NCBI RefSeq assembly: GCF_964204865.1 | Contig: NC_135264.1 | Span: 12,710,001-12,774,000 of the forward strand | Length of the DNA: 64,000 bases | Direction of reading: 5' to 3' | Origin: Styela clava | Lineage: Eukaryota | Part shown: positions 1-13,766 of the stretch, piece by piece | Numbering within the stretch: position 1 is the first letter of the stretch | Layout: every line of letters begins with the position of its first letter | Position numbers and translations under genes: made by a program | Notes under the pieces: model-generated | What the model was told of the DNA's origin: nothing | The model's database searches: none | Seen by the model: only the letters and a program-made list of their open reading frames with translations

Positions 1-342
1 ATTTTGAGACATCACTCAGCGTTTCAAAGATTTGTTCATTTAAGATGACTTCGATTGAGAAATTGCAGTGGTAACCAACAATTTTCGGTAGATTCCTCTC
101 TTCGCCTATTTGAATTACTTTATTTCTCCTTGCTATGCATGAAAACTTTGTTTAGGTTGTTCATTCAATTCTTATAAAATTCCTTGCTAGTGTTATGCAC
201 AAGTCGCACTCATAATGTGTGTATAAAGAATTGATAATATTTGTAATACTACAAACAATGCAAAGCAAAGTTCTCTCCCCAATAACGACAAAATTTCTCC
301 CTGGGGAGGAATTCCCCCTTTGTGGGGAAACGTTGGTCAAGT

Positions 343-580
343 CTGGTCACTAAACCGCGGCCCGCAGGCCAATTAAGACCCGCGTGACGAGTTAATATAG
401 CCCGCCAAACTTAAGTGGAATAGTTTAACACTTCATGTTTTTACTTTTTTGCGTTCTAGATACCGTCAATTGTTACGTCATTACCACAGCGGGCCATTGC
501 AGACGCTTCCCTCTTCCGGCCCGCTGTTTTCTATCCCCTTCCTATTTTGGCCCCCGGCCAATCAACTTTGGGAACCACTG
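343..580. mobile_element. Degenerate hAT/Charlie-type (MER30-like) MITE in an SLC6 intron
   Basis: Repeated GGCCCG subterminal motifs (gcggcccgc, tggcccccggcc); end ..tttgggaaccactg followed by a TTCTAGG target-like site. Confidence 0.5.
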
Positions 581-674
581 TTCTAGGTTTGTTATGTGAT
601 ACGATTTGATTGAATACTGTTGGTTAATGTTTCGAAATTGTGTATCAATAATAGTTTGCAAAATAGATACTTAC

Positions 675-916
675 TCATTTACACACTCTTTCCATTCCAC
701 GGTGGCTTTGAAGCCCAACACCGAAAACACTACAACGCTTGCTAAAATACTGGTTCCAGAATTTATGAAAGCTACAATGAGAGTATCTCTTTCGCAGTTG
801 TTATCTCTTGGATTGTAACTCGAAAAAGCAATCATTCCTCCAAACGCAAGACTCAATGAGAAAAATATTTGAGTTGCAGCAGAGAGCCATATGCTGGGAT
901 TTGACAATTGGGAAAA
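675..916 (-). CDS. SLC6 coding exon 6 (TM6-TM7)
   Basis: TTACAG acceptor, GTAAGT donor; [41 protein letters not shown]. Confidence 0.93.
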
Positions 917-3900
917 CTGTAACAAATTCGTATTATTTAATTCATCATATCTAACAAATTCTAATAGCAAATAAATTTAATAACACGAAATTTGAAACAA
1001 GATCACGGAAACGAGAGAGAAATTTTCAAATATATGGACACGAAAGTCTGGCATTGGTAGGATGAAGCCTCAGAGCACTGATTTTGATGATAAGATCGAC
1101 GTCCAAGCCGATCGGGTCACACGGGAAATTTGAAATGCGAAAAGTTATACAGAAAACACAAGGACGACCAAAATGATAAAAGTTATTCTATCGTTTGTTT
1201 TTGTTAGCTTTTGGGCATAATCCAAAACACCAAGTTAAACATACAGATAAGGACAAATGTTCGAGCCCGTATATTGTGGTTCAACAGCTTGATCTCGCTT
1301 GCAGCTCTTGAACATGACTTATTATACAAAAATATTCATCGTCGTAACGTCATGAACGCAATTTACCTATCGCTATAAACTGTGCATTAATTTAAATTTA
1401 TGAACACTACGATGTGACAATTTGACCAAACTCTAAAATACCATTGGAAGTATGAAAATATATTAATTGTGGGTTTATTGGACTACAGTTTGCAAAAATA
1501 AAAACGTTGCAAATTTGGAAGCTTGCTTACATCAGCTGAAAATAAGTAGTTGACGCCTGTTCCTGCACCTTCTAATGACAAACCTCGGCCCAAGAATATA
1601 ACCAACACGAAGTATGGAAAGGTTGCTGTGAAATAGACAACCTGAAATGAAATACCATGAAAGAATTAAACCAATATGTCATTCACAGAATCGATAAAAA
1701 GGCTAACCCCTAATAGTGTATATCACAACAGTTCGCACCTTAAATTTTTTTAATTTGTTTAACATAGGGCGTGTTGGATAGACGAAAATCCCAGACAATG
1801 AGTATGAAATTAAAATCTTTGTTGAACAAAGTCTATCCCTATATAGACCGTTTAAAATTAAAAGCATGTTTATATAGAGCCAGGTACCCAATTCGTCATA
1901 CAGAAATACATAAAGGTAGCTAATTAATCAATCTCAAGAGATGACAGTCGATACAAAGAACAAAAAACTTTACTTACTTTTCCCGAAGATGCTATACCTT
2001 TACTGATACAAAGATAAACAATAACCCAAGCCATAATCAAACACGCCAAAAGATGTACTTGGATACCCCCGCTTATGTCAATAGCAGGCGTAATATTCAA
2101 AGTGTCACGATACCAGAAATATTGTGATGGTGAACTCTTTGCACATTCAGTAACATAAGCAGTCAAATTTGAATTTGGTGGGCAATTTTTCCATGGCAAT
2201 GGTTCCTGTGAATATGAAATTTGTTGTGTATTTCTGTGTTCAAAAACACGAAATCTAGCTCTTTGTTGTCTTCCTAAAGTCTGGTGATTGAATCAGTCAA
2301 GTTGCGTCTCAAACCTTTCTTCTGGTTAAAATTGTAAATTCTTATTTTTGTTGCCAATACACCAAAATATATTATTGTCAATTTGTCTTAATTTTTTCAT
2401 TTTCCGGATAGCGGTTTGATCAGCAAGGAGTCAAATGTTTATTTACATTTTCCAAGTTGTTACCAGCAATTCAGACATACTCTAGACGCATTTTACCCAC
2501 CTGGAAAGAGTTGAAAATGTACCAGAGACACCACGCAATAATGGTATTATAGTATACTCCAATGAGAAAAGAAACAAACATGCTGCATATTCCAATACCT
2601 AAAGAGAAGTGGTGTAAGACATTAAAAAACTTTGAGGTCATTCTTGGACAAGTATAAAGCAAAGAGTCATAAACTATCCTTCTCTTTTGCATATTTCGAA
2701 ATCATCAAGATTTAAATTTATGTGTTATTGTTGATATAAATCGAAATCCCCGGACCGAAAACCCTTTTATCTTTTTCTTTTTCGAAAGATATTGTTGAAA
2801 AATTGCCTTTCAACATTTCACTATTTACCATTTTAACCAATCACTTCTAAGATGATGATGTAGTCTTCAAAGGTAGGAAATTAATATTTTTCTCTGTTTC
2901 ATATTAACAGTGAAACATGATTTAACCCGTGTATTACTTTGTACGCATCCACATGTCGGATTTGACAAAACATTGAGAATTGCTTCATTGAGTTTACCCA
3001 AGAAACCACGATTTTTATGTGCATATTTTCACATTTTTGGCACTTTCTATATTTACAGCCAGCACACTTAGAATTGTCCGGTAGAGATAATACTGCGTTT
3101 ACCTCCAATGTATGGGCTGATTTTTCTCCAAACGCCAATACTTCCGGCACGAAGAAGTTGACCTCCAGCCAATTCAAGATACAGGAGAGGAATTCCTTCG
3201 ACAAACAGCATAATGAAATAGGGAATGAGGAATGCACCTAAAATATATATGCCCATATGCCGTAACCTGACTGAATTTGAGTTGTTGTTTATATTAGTGT
3301 AATGATTTATTGCTCCATATTATATCCACAAATATTATTTCAAATTTTAACCGTCTGCGAAGTATACCATTTTTTGTTAAAAACAATCTGCTGCAATCAA
3401 AAACCCAAACATAAACTCTACTTTGAAACGATATTTTATAAAAGGTATGTATAAGTAAGATTTGTTTCAAGGTCTTATAAGATTCAAACAAAGTAACTTA
3501 GTCATTTAATAAACTTCAGCGATGGCTTCGTAATCCGTGCATGTTTATGACAGAATGTTTGCTTCATATGTCACGGGAGTTAAACGTATTGTTGAATACA
3601 ATTGATATAACACTAGTTTGCCACATTATGTAATAGGTAATGAAATATTTACGTGGATCGGATGGTCCGATACAAAGTTGACAAATTTACAAAGATGACA
3701 CTTTCACTTTAAAATGAATTTCAGAACCACATCATAAACGTTCTTGTGAATTTACAATAATTTATCTTTGTCGATGAACTTGCTATGAACTTGTAATCAA
3801 TTTGTCACACTGTAATTGTTTACATAGTTATTTTACAAGTTACGTGATGTCATTATCCCACGAGGATTCATAACCCAATTCTAAGAAAAGGCGATAAAGC

Positions 3901-6046
3901 CATATTTGACTAACACGACGTCAATTTACGGAGTTTGCCTTAGTAGTAAACACGTTAAAGTTTTTGGCAAATATATATCGGTGTTATGCATAAATCACAC
4001 ACGAATTACTTTCAACAAGAAGAGTGCGAATATAATTGAAATATTTATAACGATAATTCTTAACAATATTTGAATAAAGAGGGCCAAAACAATTATCAGA
4101 ATTTTGATACATTCGAAGTTTCGTCAGAATTTCGTCAAAGATAGGGTGGTTAGTGGGCTCGCCAACAGTTTCGTCGTCACAATTAATGGTTGTTCAATAA
4201 AGAGTTTCCATTATTAAAACAACAGAGGGTGGTGAGAGGGCTCGCCAACGTTTAATATGGGCAGTGTTAGGAGAAGAGTGGCAAAACAGTGATCTCAAAT
4301 CAAAATCTCTCATTTTTATAACATGATCAAGTCATAAATTCATAAAAGCGATAAACAAGTCTGAAAACGTTGTCATATATATTTGAAAAATACTCAATAT
4401 CTCGATTTTAGAACACCGTTGTGAAGTGGAAATATTTTTATACCGATCAGAGTTGCAAAGATAGTGTATCTTTACGTATCTGTGGCTAGGTATCTAAAGC
4501 CCTTTTGGGTTGCTGTGTGACAGCGGCTTCCTAAAAAATACATGCTGTCATAAAATTATAACATTTTTTATAATGAAGATACGAGTTACATGATTTCTGT
4601 GATTTTTATTTGATTAAAGTAAAATTATATCCTGCTTTTGACACAAGCGTTGAATTGCACAGATCTGGACGGTGTTATCAATGTCACATTGAATGAGATA
4701 TTGTTCGTTGAATTGATAACTTGTAATAAATTTTATCTATCTCCAAAAGGAGATTTCTTATATTATAACTTCACCGTTTAGAAACTGATCCATTTTAATT
4801 TTCGACTAGGGATTTTAAAGTTGAGAAGTGGCACAACCTTATATAGGATTTTACTTTGGGATACACGGATGAAACATAGAAAGAAGGATATCATCATAAA
4901 ATAACGCCAAAGAGAATCCGCTTATGATATTACAGTTCAATTTACCTTCAAAAAATAACAAAATTATTTTCGATTTGGATTTGTTTACCGCAAATATAAT
5001 ACTGTTCCCAGTGAACAGTTTTTCCAATTAATGACCCGTCTTTAATTTGTCATAAATTAGCGTTTATATAGCATTTTTAAAATCGATTTTTGTGACAAAT
5101 TACGCCATATTGTGTGTTTGTTTTTTGCTATAATAGTGGGCAAACACCATCCGTGTGACATATACGCAGCAGGTGATTTTTAGAAATCCCGTTAAATATG
5201 TTTCACTTGAAAACGTTTGTGATATACTTTTGATAACATATAAAACTTAGTATAATAAAAGTTCAAGAATTTTATCATTTTCCATCGATAATTTTTTTTA
5301 ATTCAAACTCACGTAGGTTCAACTAATAAATAGAATTAAAAACATTTTTTCCTGGAAGTAATGACTTTTCTCATGCATATTTTCAACCTCTGTTATCTAG
5401 TCTAGTGGACAAAACATATTTTAGAAAACACGGCTCCATAATATTCAATACTAATTTCTAATTCGTTTATAGGAACAATTTTTTGATAATTTTTTGACAA
5501 TAAAACCCGCAACGGTTATTTTAACGTGGTTCAAATGTCTTTCAATCACACTTCCACCGTTTAGGTGAAGTTAATGTGATAAAACGGCAATATCGCTGTG
5601 TTATAGAAATCGATTCGGGCCTGGTTTCCTGTTATCTTTTTGTATCATAAGCATTCAAAACCGCTCGTGCTGTTCGGTCAAATGTATCATCCGTTTTAAA
5701 AGGTGGAAAGTGGTTGAGGCATTGCTCATCCGTGTCTTGATTGCCAAAAATATCTGACCCGCCAAATCCAATAGGATTTAATTTTGGCACGCAAATAACA
5801 ACAGATTGCAGACTCCTGATCAATAATGGAAATCGTTCAAACGAACATAGTACAAAACAATATATATATTCATGGAATAATATTCCTCTCAAAAATTAAC
5901 TCACCGCCTCCATTTTTTTGTAATATATAAGGAAATCTCCAAATGTTTCCAAGTCCAACTGCGAAACCAACACAAGTTAACAGAAACTGTGCTTTGTTAT
6001 CCCACTGCGGTCTTTCGTCCGCTTGTTCTGACCCCTTTTTCGTCAT
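675..6046 (-). CDS. SLC6 Na+-dependent amino-acid transporter (SLC6A18/19/20, B0AT/SIT1-like), 5' part: join(complement 5905-6046, 3103-3237, 2501-2598, 1978-2205, 1531-1641, 675-916); continues beyond the left edge
   Basis: Six exons with GT-AG boundaries and compatible phases (142, 135, 98, 228, 111, 242 nt). They splice to [123 protein letters not shown]. The YFWYRxTLNI motif points to the SLC6A15-20 branch. Confidence 0.95.
1531..1641 (-). CDS. SLC6 coding exon 5; not in ORF track
   Basis: TTTCAG acceptor, GTAAGC donor; [37 protein letters not shown]. Confidence 0.93.
1978..2205 (-). CDS. SLC6 coding exon 4 (extracellular loop 2, TM4)
   Basis: CACAG acceptor, GTAAGT donor; [32 protein letters not shown]. 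Confidence 0.93.
2501..2598 (-). CDS. SLC6 coding exon 3
   Basis: CTCTTTAG acceptor, CAG|GTGGGT donor; [33 protein letters not shown]. Confidence 0.92.
3103..3237 (-). CDS. SLC6 coding exon 2
   Basis: TTTAG acceptor, GTAAAC donor; [44 protein letters not shown]. Confidence 0.93.
5905..6046 (-). CDS. SLC6 coding exon 1 (start codon, TM1 signature); not in ORF track
   Basis: ATG at 6046 with an in-frame TAA four codons upstream; encodes [36 protein letters not shown]; donor G|GTGAG. Confidence 0.93.
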
Positions 6047-7698
6047 ATTGTCACATTAATTAACACCTCTGGGTAAAATATTCATTTTTAAAAGGTAAAA
6101 TAACATTAAGGTTGAGAATGAAATATTCTTGGCTCTAATTGTGCGAAATAATAATTTCTGAATAAATCCTTGGTATTCTGATTCCTTTTTATATCACATA
6201 ATCATGAATTTTTCAGCTCTTTCCGGTATTTAGGTATATCAATTAATTTCCAAATTATTTCTATCGACAAAGATTTCAAAATAATATTAGGCTGCCTATC
6301 ACATATGAAATTTCCTGTATGACTACACGATGCTATTAAACAGCACAGACATATGTTACAAAAAGGAATCGAATGAGCGTATAAAATGACGCATATGTAC
6401 CATCATCCACCTAAAAGAACGTTAGAAAAAATGATGACAAACACGAGATATTTTATGAGGTTCAACAACCTTTTTCATGTTTTTATCTGAATTCGTTCGC
6501 TGCAATTTGTTTAATTCACCCACCATGCGTGGTTCAGATTTGTAAATTGCACTGTTTCACTATTATTCACGCAAGTACGACCAACGTGGATGTTTCCCTA
6601 GTTTGGGCAAAATTGTTGAAACAGTAATTTGTAAACACAGATTCGAAAGTACCAAATGCTAGAAGTGCACCTCAAATACCAAAAATATTTGGCTCCATGA
6701 TATTTCTGACTATAACTCGTATTGCATCATTGGCACACGTATGATCTTGAATAATTTTGAGTAAAGAGTGTTTTTAATATACAACTGGTGAATAACAAAG
6801 CGAATCAAACACACCCAAATTGATGGATCCCACATTTCTTTGAAACATTCAGTTTGTGAAATTGGTGGCAGTGGCGTCTAGCAAATATTTACTTGGGAAT
6901 AGCTATTCGAAATACGCTATCGTGAATTGAACTATAAAATTTCATAATGTGTGCCAAATATTCTGACATAGGAATGGCTAATTTTCTGAACCCATTTTTA
7001 CGCTGAGCTTGTGTATTTATCCTTGATTAAGTTTTGTAGTCATACAAAATTTTAAATTACATAAAAAAAAACAGTAGAAGATATATTCTGAATATTAGAT
7101 AAGGTATTAATTTATATAACGGTCTGTCAATTTGTTCTGTATACTTAGCAGTAACGTATTTAATCCTGTTTGTTCAATACAAACGAAATAGTTTTCAAAA
7201 ACGTTCAAGTTCGTGTATAAGTGTTGTCATTCAGAAACATGTAAACATGCCCAATGTTCAGGAGTTCAAACAAGTAATGTTGAATGAATATTCCCCAATA
7301 CTTCAGTTTCCCTCAACGCAAGCAACATATTGCGATTTACATCTATGTCGTATTTTTGAATATCTAATGATTTCGGAATCGAATCGAATATTTTTCGAAT
7401 CAATCGAATCTTGAATACTTGGAAGATATGTAGTGATTGAATGTGTTTTTTATATTGTAATGGGTCCTTCAGATACATAAATTACTGAAAACATAGGATC
7501 CATAACTCAGACGGATCACCGATTGTTCATACACAATACGAAATAAGTTTCATAAATTACAGACTAGAATAAAAAAAGTCATTTCAAAAAGATGGCTTCC
7601 ATAAACTTGGGCGTACAAATTACCAACAAGATGGCGGCTATTTAAAATATTTGTCTGAACAGACCCAAATAATTTACTATTTGATTCGAAATATTCAG

Positions 7699-7808
7699 GG
7701 TACACCTGAAGTATGCGCATCAAGATGTCGCACAACCTGAACCCCAACCTGGTACACAACCTGAGTTCAGGTTGTGCGCCATCTTGGTGCACATACTTCA
7801 GGAGGTCC
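7699..7808. mobile_element. 110-bp palindromic MITE, GG-terminated TIR, 8-bp TSD (Merlin-like)
   Basis: GGTACACCTGAAGTATG...CATACTTCAGGAGGTCC flanked by the direct repeat ATATTCAG (7691-7698 / 7809-7816); same family occurs in the gene array. Confidence 0.8.
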
Positions 7809-7904
7809 ATATTCAGTTCTAGTTGACAATCGATTCGACAACAACGGACAAAAAGAAATCACACTCTAGCATTATTACAATCAGATGTGATTTCAGCTTC
7901 CATA

Positions 7905-8215
7905 AATAAGTGTACTTCTATGGTAAGGTGTATGGTTTTAAAGGCTTGTACAACCTACCTAAATAAGCAACTATAAAAGATAACGTTACAAATGCCTAAA
8001 TGGCAGTAGCAGTCTGCATCGAGAAAGAAAATTTCATTTTTCGATTTAGAAACAATGTTATAAATACGAAACATATTTTTGGTTACTGTGGACACAGATT
8101 ACAGCTGTAATCTTTAAAGTTTATCACATCCTGGGTGAAGTGGTGGACTTGGGATTTAAACCCTAGGTTATAACATACGATGTCCTCATAAGTCCAACGC
8201 TTTAACCACTAGGCC
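7905..8215 (-). mobile_element. tRNA-derived SINE relic
   Basis: Minus strand begins GGCCTAGTGGTTAAAGCGTTGGACT (A box) ... GGGTTTAAATCCC (degenerate B box); 3' boundary approximate. Confidence 0.6.
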
Positions 8216-8321
8216 GTTTTTTGTATTTTACAAACGGTGAACATCAGTGAACATGTTCTCCGTATCTTAAGATGGCTGCTTGTGAGGGGCTTCATTTCGA
8301 AAGAATTTAAATGTGGGATAT

Positions 8322-8562
8322 GATTGATTCATCATTAGCTGTTAATGACACTGCAGACAGATAGCTTCCACACTCGACGCCAGGTACTTCTTTTTTTAAG
8401 CAAGCACTTTTCCTCTATGCTGTCTCTCTATCTCTTTCCTGGTCTACCTTTCCGTCGTTTTCCTTCCCTTGGGGTCCATTCTGTTGTGATTTTGGCCAAT
8501 CTCATGTTGCCCATTCTGGCAAGATGTCCTGCCCACCGATCTTTCATGTTGTGTGTTCTTTC
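8322..8562 (-). mobile_element. 3' end of an RTE-clade LINE
   Basis: Minus frame reads KDRWAGHLARMGNMRLAKITTEWTPREGKRRKGRPGKR*RDSIEE, the typical RTE ORF C-terminus (RWAGH..EW.P..GKR.RGRP..RW.D), followed by a short TGA/ATCA-type tail. Confidence 0.85.
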
Positions 8563-8965
8563 AAGTATACTTCATTATATTATATTCTATTATATTATAT
8601 TCTTCTATTATATTTTGTGAAATCGAGTAAATTGCAAAATGATTAGTCCACCATTTGCAATACGACGAAGTGATAAGCAACAAGTTTGAGAAACTCTCGG
8701 AGCTGAGTAGACTTTTGGACAAATCAGGACAAAATTATACCACGTGACAACAATCATTACCCACTCAGCGGCAGTCCTTCCTTAATTACTTTATTTTCTT
8801 CTATGTTTCTTTATTTTAATTGCCTTCACCTTATTTTGACACGTTGGCGAAAGAAACGTCGCGCATTTGAATCGGAATCGAGGTATTCGTAGGTGCAAAT
8901 TTTGGCTAGGTTTGAGCTGAAGTTGTGCGTATTACAGGTTTTCTTGTTCTGTTGTAAAGCACAGT

Positions 8966-11900
8966 ACTTAATATAGGTGTACATAAAATTAATGGTTTAT
9001 GCTAAGTTCCAGGAGTTAAAATGTATAAAAAGTAGAAGGCCGAGCGTTGTAAGCTACATATTGAATGGCCCGAGTAAAAATAGGTATCGTTTATAGTATA
9101 TATATACAATCCAAAGTATTTTATACCGTTTCCAAATTTTGGGGGGGTGTTAGATATTGGGCTATTAGTGAAAAAACTATTTGTAACTTATTAAGTGTTA
9201 TGTATTCAACTGTTCAAAAAATTGATACTACTTCGTTTTGACTTTCGTGTCCATGAATTCGAGCTTTGCTTTTTTGTTCTATATTGCGTTTTTGTCTGTG
9301 ATTTCACCATTGTATGAAGGTCGATGATTCCAGTGATGGGTAAAAGTTCCTTGACCCACAGTTGCGAGCCCGAAGGCTAGTCCCGAATGAACTCTGTTAG
9401 CTTAGGTTAGTCTCGATATGAGTCGATCACCTAAGCTATGTCTCACTGGTATTGTTAGTTCACGATCAGTCAGTCAATGCATCAGTCGCCTAATATTTAC
9501 AAATGCTTCCTGGTTCATCTTGTCTATTTTTGTTACTTTTTTTCTGTTACTTTTTCTGATACTTTTTTACTGATTTTGTGGGACTTCTATTGTCAGATTT
9601 TTGATTTTCTATGTGAAATTGTCGTGAAACGTGTTGTTGGGACTGGTTCATGCTACCCATGAGCACGGTGAGCGCTATTTACCAGCCATGGTGCGAGGGT
9701 GGTACGTTGAGTAGGTAAGTCCCACTTTTTTTTTTTTTTTTCCAAAAAGTTTATTTTCATCAAGATTAACCACGCCCTCATTATGTTACCAATCTATGTC
9801 GAGTGTGATAATTGATGACCATTGTTTGTTTCAGTGGAATTGATTGTTGAGGAAGCCATAAGGCGGACCGTCGATTATGTGAAACGGTGAACCACCATTC
9901 CGACGGCGAGAAGCCCAGCGATAATATCACCCATTGCATTCAAAACCTGATGGGGTGATCAAATAGTGTTCCTGACGCTTCGCACAATGCGCCAACCACC
10001 GAACCGAACTGGTGAAAACGACGGATCATGCCAACAGGTACGATTTCAAGTGGGTATTATGTTGGAGTTTATTGTAAATTTATTGTTTACATTAAGTACT
10101 TTACTTTCAGAGGCAGAAGTAGTGTCGATCATCGAGTGAATGGCGTTTGATTGATAACGAGTCGAGATTCATTCCATTCAGTTACTTGAGTTTCTTAAAC
10201 CCGGACGCGCTTGAGTCAGTACCTCTTGCATCCCCAACACTGTTTTTACTGAATCACCAGCGAATCTGTCTGAATATATTTGTAAACAGGTACGTGATAA
10301 ATCAATATACTGTATGGGTGTAATCGTAGCTCATTGTGAAGTAATTGTTTCTAATTATCGCTTGCTTTTTCCAGGTCGGGTTGGTTTTCAGAGCGAGAAC
10401 CCCAACAGCATAATTGCCTATCGATCAAGTGTTTTCATGCTGTAATCAAGATGTTGTTGAAAGTGTCGAGTAGAATTTCATGAACACCCGAATTGTTATC
10501 AATCATTCCAGCCTTTTTAACACTGGTAAGCGAAACTGACGAAACATGCAAATAGGTATATGGTGAACTTAATATAGGTGTACATAATGGTTCATGCTAA
10601 GTTCCAGGAGTTAAAATGTATAAAAAGTAGAAGGTCGAGCGTTGTAGGCTACATATTGAATGGCCCGAGTCAAAAAAGGGATCGTTTATAGTATATATAT
10701 AAAATCCAAAGTATTTTACACCGTTTCCAAATTTTTTTTGGGGGAGGGGGGGTCTTAGATATTGGGCTATTAGTGAAAAAACTATTTGTAACTTATTAAG
10801 TGTTATGTATTCAACTGTTCAAAAAATTGATACTACTTCGTTTTGACTTTCGTGTCCATGAATTCGAGCTTTGCTTTTTTGTTCTATATTGCGTTTTTGT
10901 CTGTGGTTTCACCATTGTATGAAGGTTGATGATTCCAGTGATGGGTAAAAGTTTCTTGACCCACAGTTGCGATCCCGAAGGCTAGTCCCGAATGAACTCT
11001 GTTAGCTTAGGTTAGTCTCGATATGAGTCGATCACCTAAGCTATGTCTCATTGGTATTGTTAGTTCACGATGGGTCCGTCAATGCATCAGTCGCCTAATA
11101 TTTACAAATGCTTCCTGGTTCATCTTGTCTATTTTTGTTACTTTTTTCTGTTACTTTTTCTGATACTTTTTTACTGATTTTGTGGGACTTCTATTGTCAG
11201 ATTTTTGATTTTCTATGTGAAATTGTCGTGAAACGTGTTGTTGGGACTGGTTCATGCTACCCATGAGCACGGTGAGCGCTATTTACCAGTCATGGTGCGA
11301 GGGTGGTAAGTTGAGTAGGCAAGTCCCACTTTTTTTTTTTTTTTCAAAAAGTTTATTTTCATCAAGATTAACCACGCCCTCATCCTGTTACCAATCTATG
11401 TCGAGTGTGATAATTGATGACCATTGTTTGTTTCAGTGAAATTGATTGTTGAGGAAGCCATAAGGCGGACCGTCGATTACGTGAAACGGTGAACCACCAT
11501 TCCGACGGCGAGAAGCCCAGCGTTAATATCACCCACTCTATTCAAAACTTGATGGGGTAATCAAATAGTGTTCCTGACGCTTCGCACAATGCGCCAACCA
11601 CCGAACCGAACTGGTGAAAACGACGGATCATGCCAACAGGTACGATTTCAAGTGGGTATTATGTTGGAGTTTATTGTAAATTTATTGTTTACATTAAGTA
11701 CTTTACTTTCAGAGGTAGAAGTAGTGTCGATCATCGAGTGAATGGCGTTTGATTGATAACGAGTCGAGATTCATTCCATTCAGTTACTTGAGTTTTTTTG
11801 AACCCGGACGCGCTTGAGTCAGTACCTCTTGCATCCCCAACACTGTTTTTACTGAATCACCAGCGAATCTGTCTGAATATATTTGTAAACAGGTACGTGA

Positions 11901-13766
11901 TAAATCAATATACTGTATGGGTGTAATCGTAGCTCATTGTGAAGTAATTGTTTCTAATTATCGCTTGCTTTTTCCAGGTCGGGTTGGTTTTCAGAGCGAG
12001 AACCCCAACAGCATAATTGCCTATCGATCAAGTGTTTTCATGCTGTAATCAAGATGTTGTTGAAAGTGTCGAGTAGAATTTCATGAACACCCGAATTGTT
12101 ATCAATCATTCCAGCCTTTTTAACACTGGTAAGCGAAACTGACGAAACATGCAAATAGGTATATGGTGAACTTAATATAGGTGTACATAATGGTTCATGC
12201 TAAGTTCCAGGAGTTAAAATGTATAAAAAGTAGAAGGTCGAGCGTTGTAGGCTACATATTGAATGGCCCGAGTCAAAATAGGTATCGTTTATAGTATATA
12301 TATACAATCCAAAGTATTTTATACCGTTTCCAAATTTTTTTTGGGGGAGGGGGGGTCTTAGATATTGGGCTATTAGTGAAAAAACTATTTGTAACTTATT
12401 AAGTGTTATGTATTCAACTGTTCAAAAAATTGATACTACTTCGTTTTGACTTTCGTGTCCATGAATTCGAACTTTGCTTTTTTGTTCTATATTGCGTTTT
12501 TGTCTGTGATTTCACCATTGTATGAAGGTTGATGATTCCAGTGATGGGTAAAAGTTTCTTGACCCACAGTTGCGATCCCGAAGGCTAGTCCCGAATGAAC
12601 TCTGTTAGCTTAGGTTAGTCTCGATATGAGTCGATCACCTAAGCTATGTCTCATTGGTATTGTTAGTTCACGATGGGTCCGTCAATGCATCAGTCGCCTA
12701 ATATTTACAAATGCTTCCTGGTTCATCTTGTCTATTTTTGTTACTTTTTTCTGTTACTTTTTCTGATACTTTTTTACTGATTTTGTGGGACTTCTATTGT
12801 CAGATTTTTGATTTTCTATGTGAAATTGTCGTGAAACGTGTTGTTGGGACTGGTTCATGCTACCCATGAGCACGGTGAGCGCTATTTACCAGTCATGGTG
12901 CGAGGGTGGTAAGTTGAGTAGGTAAGTCCCACTTTTTTTTTTTTGTCTTCAAAAAGTTTATTTTCATCAAGATTAACCACGCCCTCATCCTGTTACCAAT
13001 CTATGTCGAGTGTGATAATTGATGACCATTGTTTGTTTCAGTGAAATTGATTGTTGAGGAAGCCATAAGGCGGACCGTCGATTACGTGAAACGGTGAACC
13101 ACCATTCCGACGGCGAGAAGCCCAGCGTTAATATCACCCACTGTATTCAAAACTTGATGGGGTAATCAAATAGTGTTCCTGACGCTTCGCACAATGCGCC
13201 AACCACCGAACCGAACTGGTGAAAACGACGGATCATGCCAACAGGTACGATTTCAAGTGGGTATTATGTTGGAGTTTATTGTAAATTTATTGTTTACATT
13301 AAGTACTTTACTTTCAGAGGTAGAAGTAGTGCCGATCATCGAGTGAATGGCGTTTGATTGATAATGAGTCGAGATTCATTCCATTCAGTTACTTGAGTTT
13401 TTTTGAACCCGGACGCGCTTGAGTCAGTACCTCTTGCATCCCCAACACTGTTTTTACTGAATCACCAGCGAATCTGTCTGAATATATTTGTAAACAGGTA
13501 CGTGATAAATCAATATACTGTATGGGTGTAATCGTAGCTCATTGTGAAGTAATTGTTTCTAATTATCGCTTGCTTCTTCCAGGTCGGGTTGGTTTTCAGA
13601 GCGAGAACCCCAACAGCATGATTGCCTATCGATCAGGTGTTTTCATGCTGTAATCAAGATGTTGTTGAAAGTGTCGAGTAGAATTTCATGAACACCCGAA
13701 TTGTTATCAATCATTCCAGCCTTTTTAAGCGAAACTGGCGAAACATGCAAATAGGTATATGGTGAA
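8966..13766 (+). repeat. Tandem triplication, 3 x ~1.6 kb
   Basis: CTTAATATAGGTGTACATAA recurs at 8967, 10568 and 12171 (periods 1601 and 1603). Copies are near-identical; copies 2 and 3 share variants absent from copy 1. Confidence 0.97.

Noticed and set aside
4078-5605. Possible TIR element in SLC6 intron 1 with repeated GGGTGGT..GGGCTCGCCAAC
   Set aside because: Terminal match is too weak and no TSD was found
8345-8620. 91-aa + strand ORF
   Set aside because: Antisense of the RTE LINE fragment plus a low-complexity tail
8845-8872. E2F-like TTGGCGAAA and CDE/CHR-like CGCGCATTTGAAT
   Set aside because: Single occurrence of short motifs with no intact gene downstream; chance cannot be excluded
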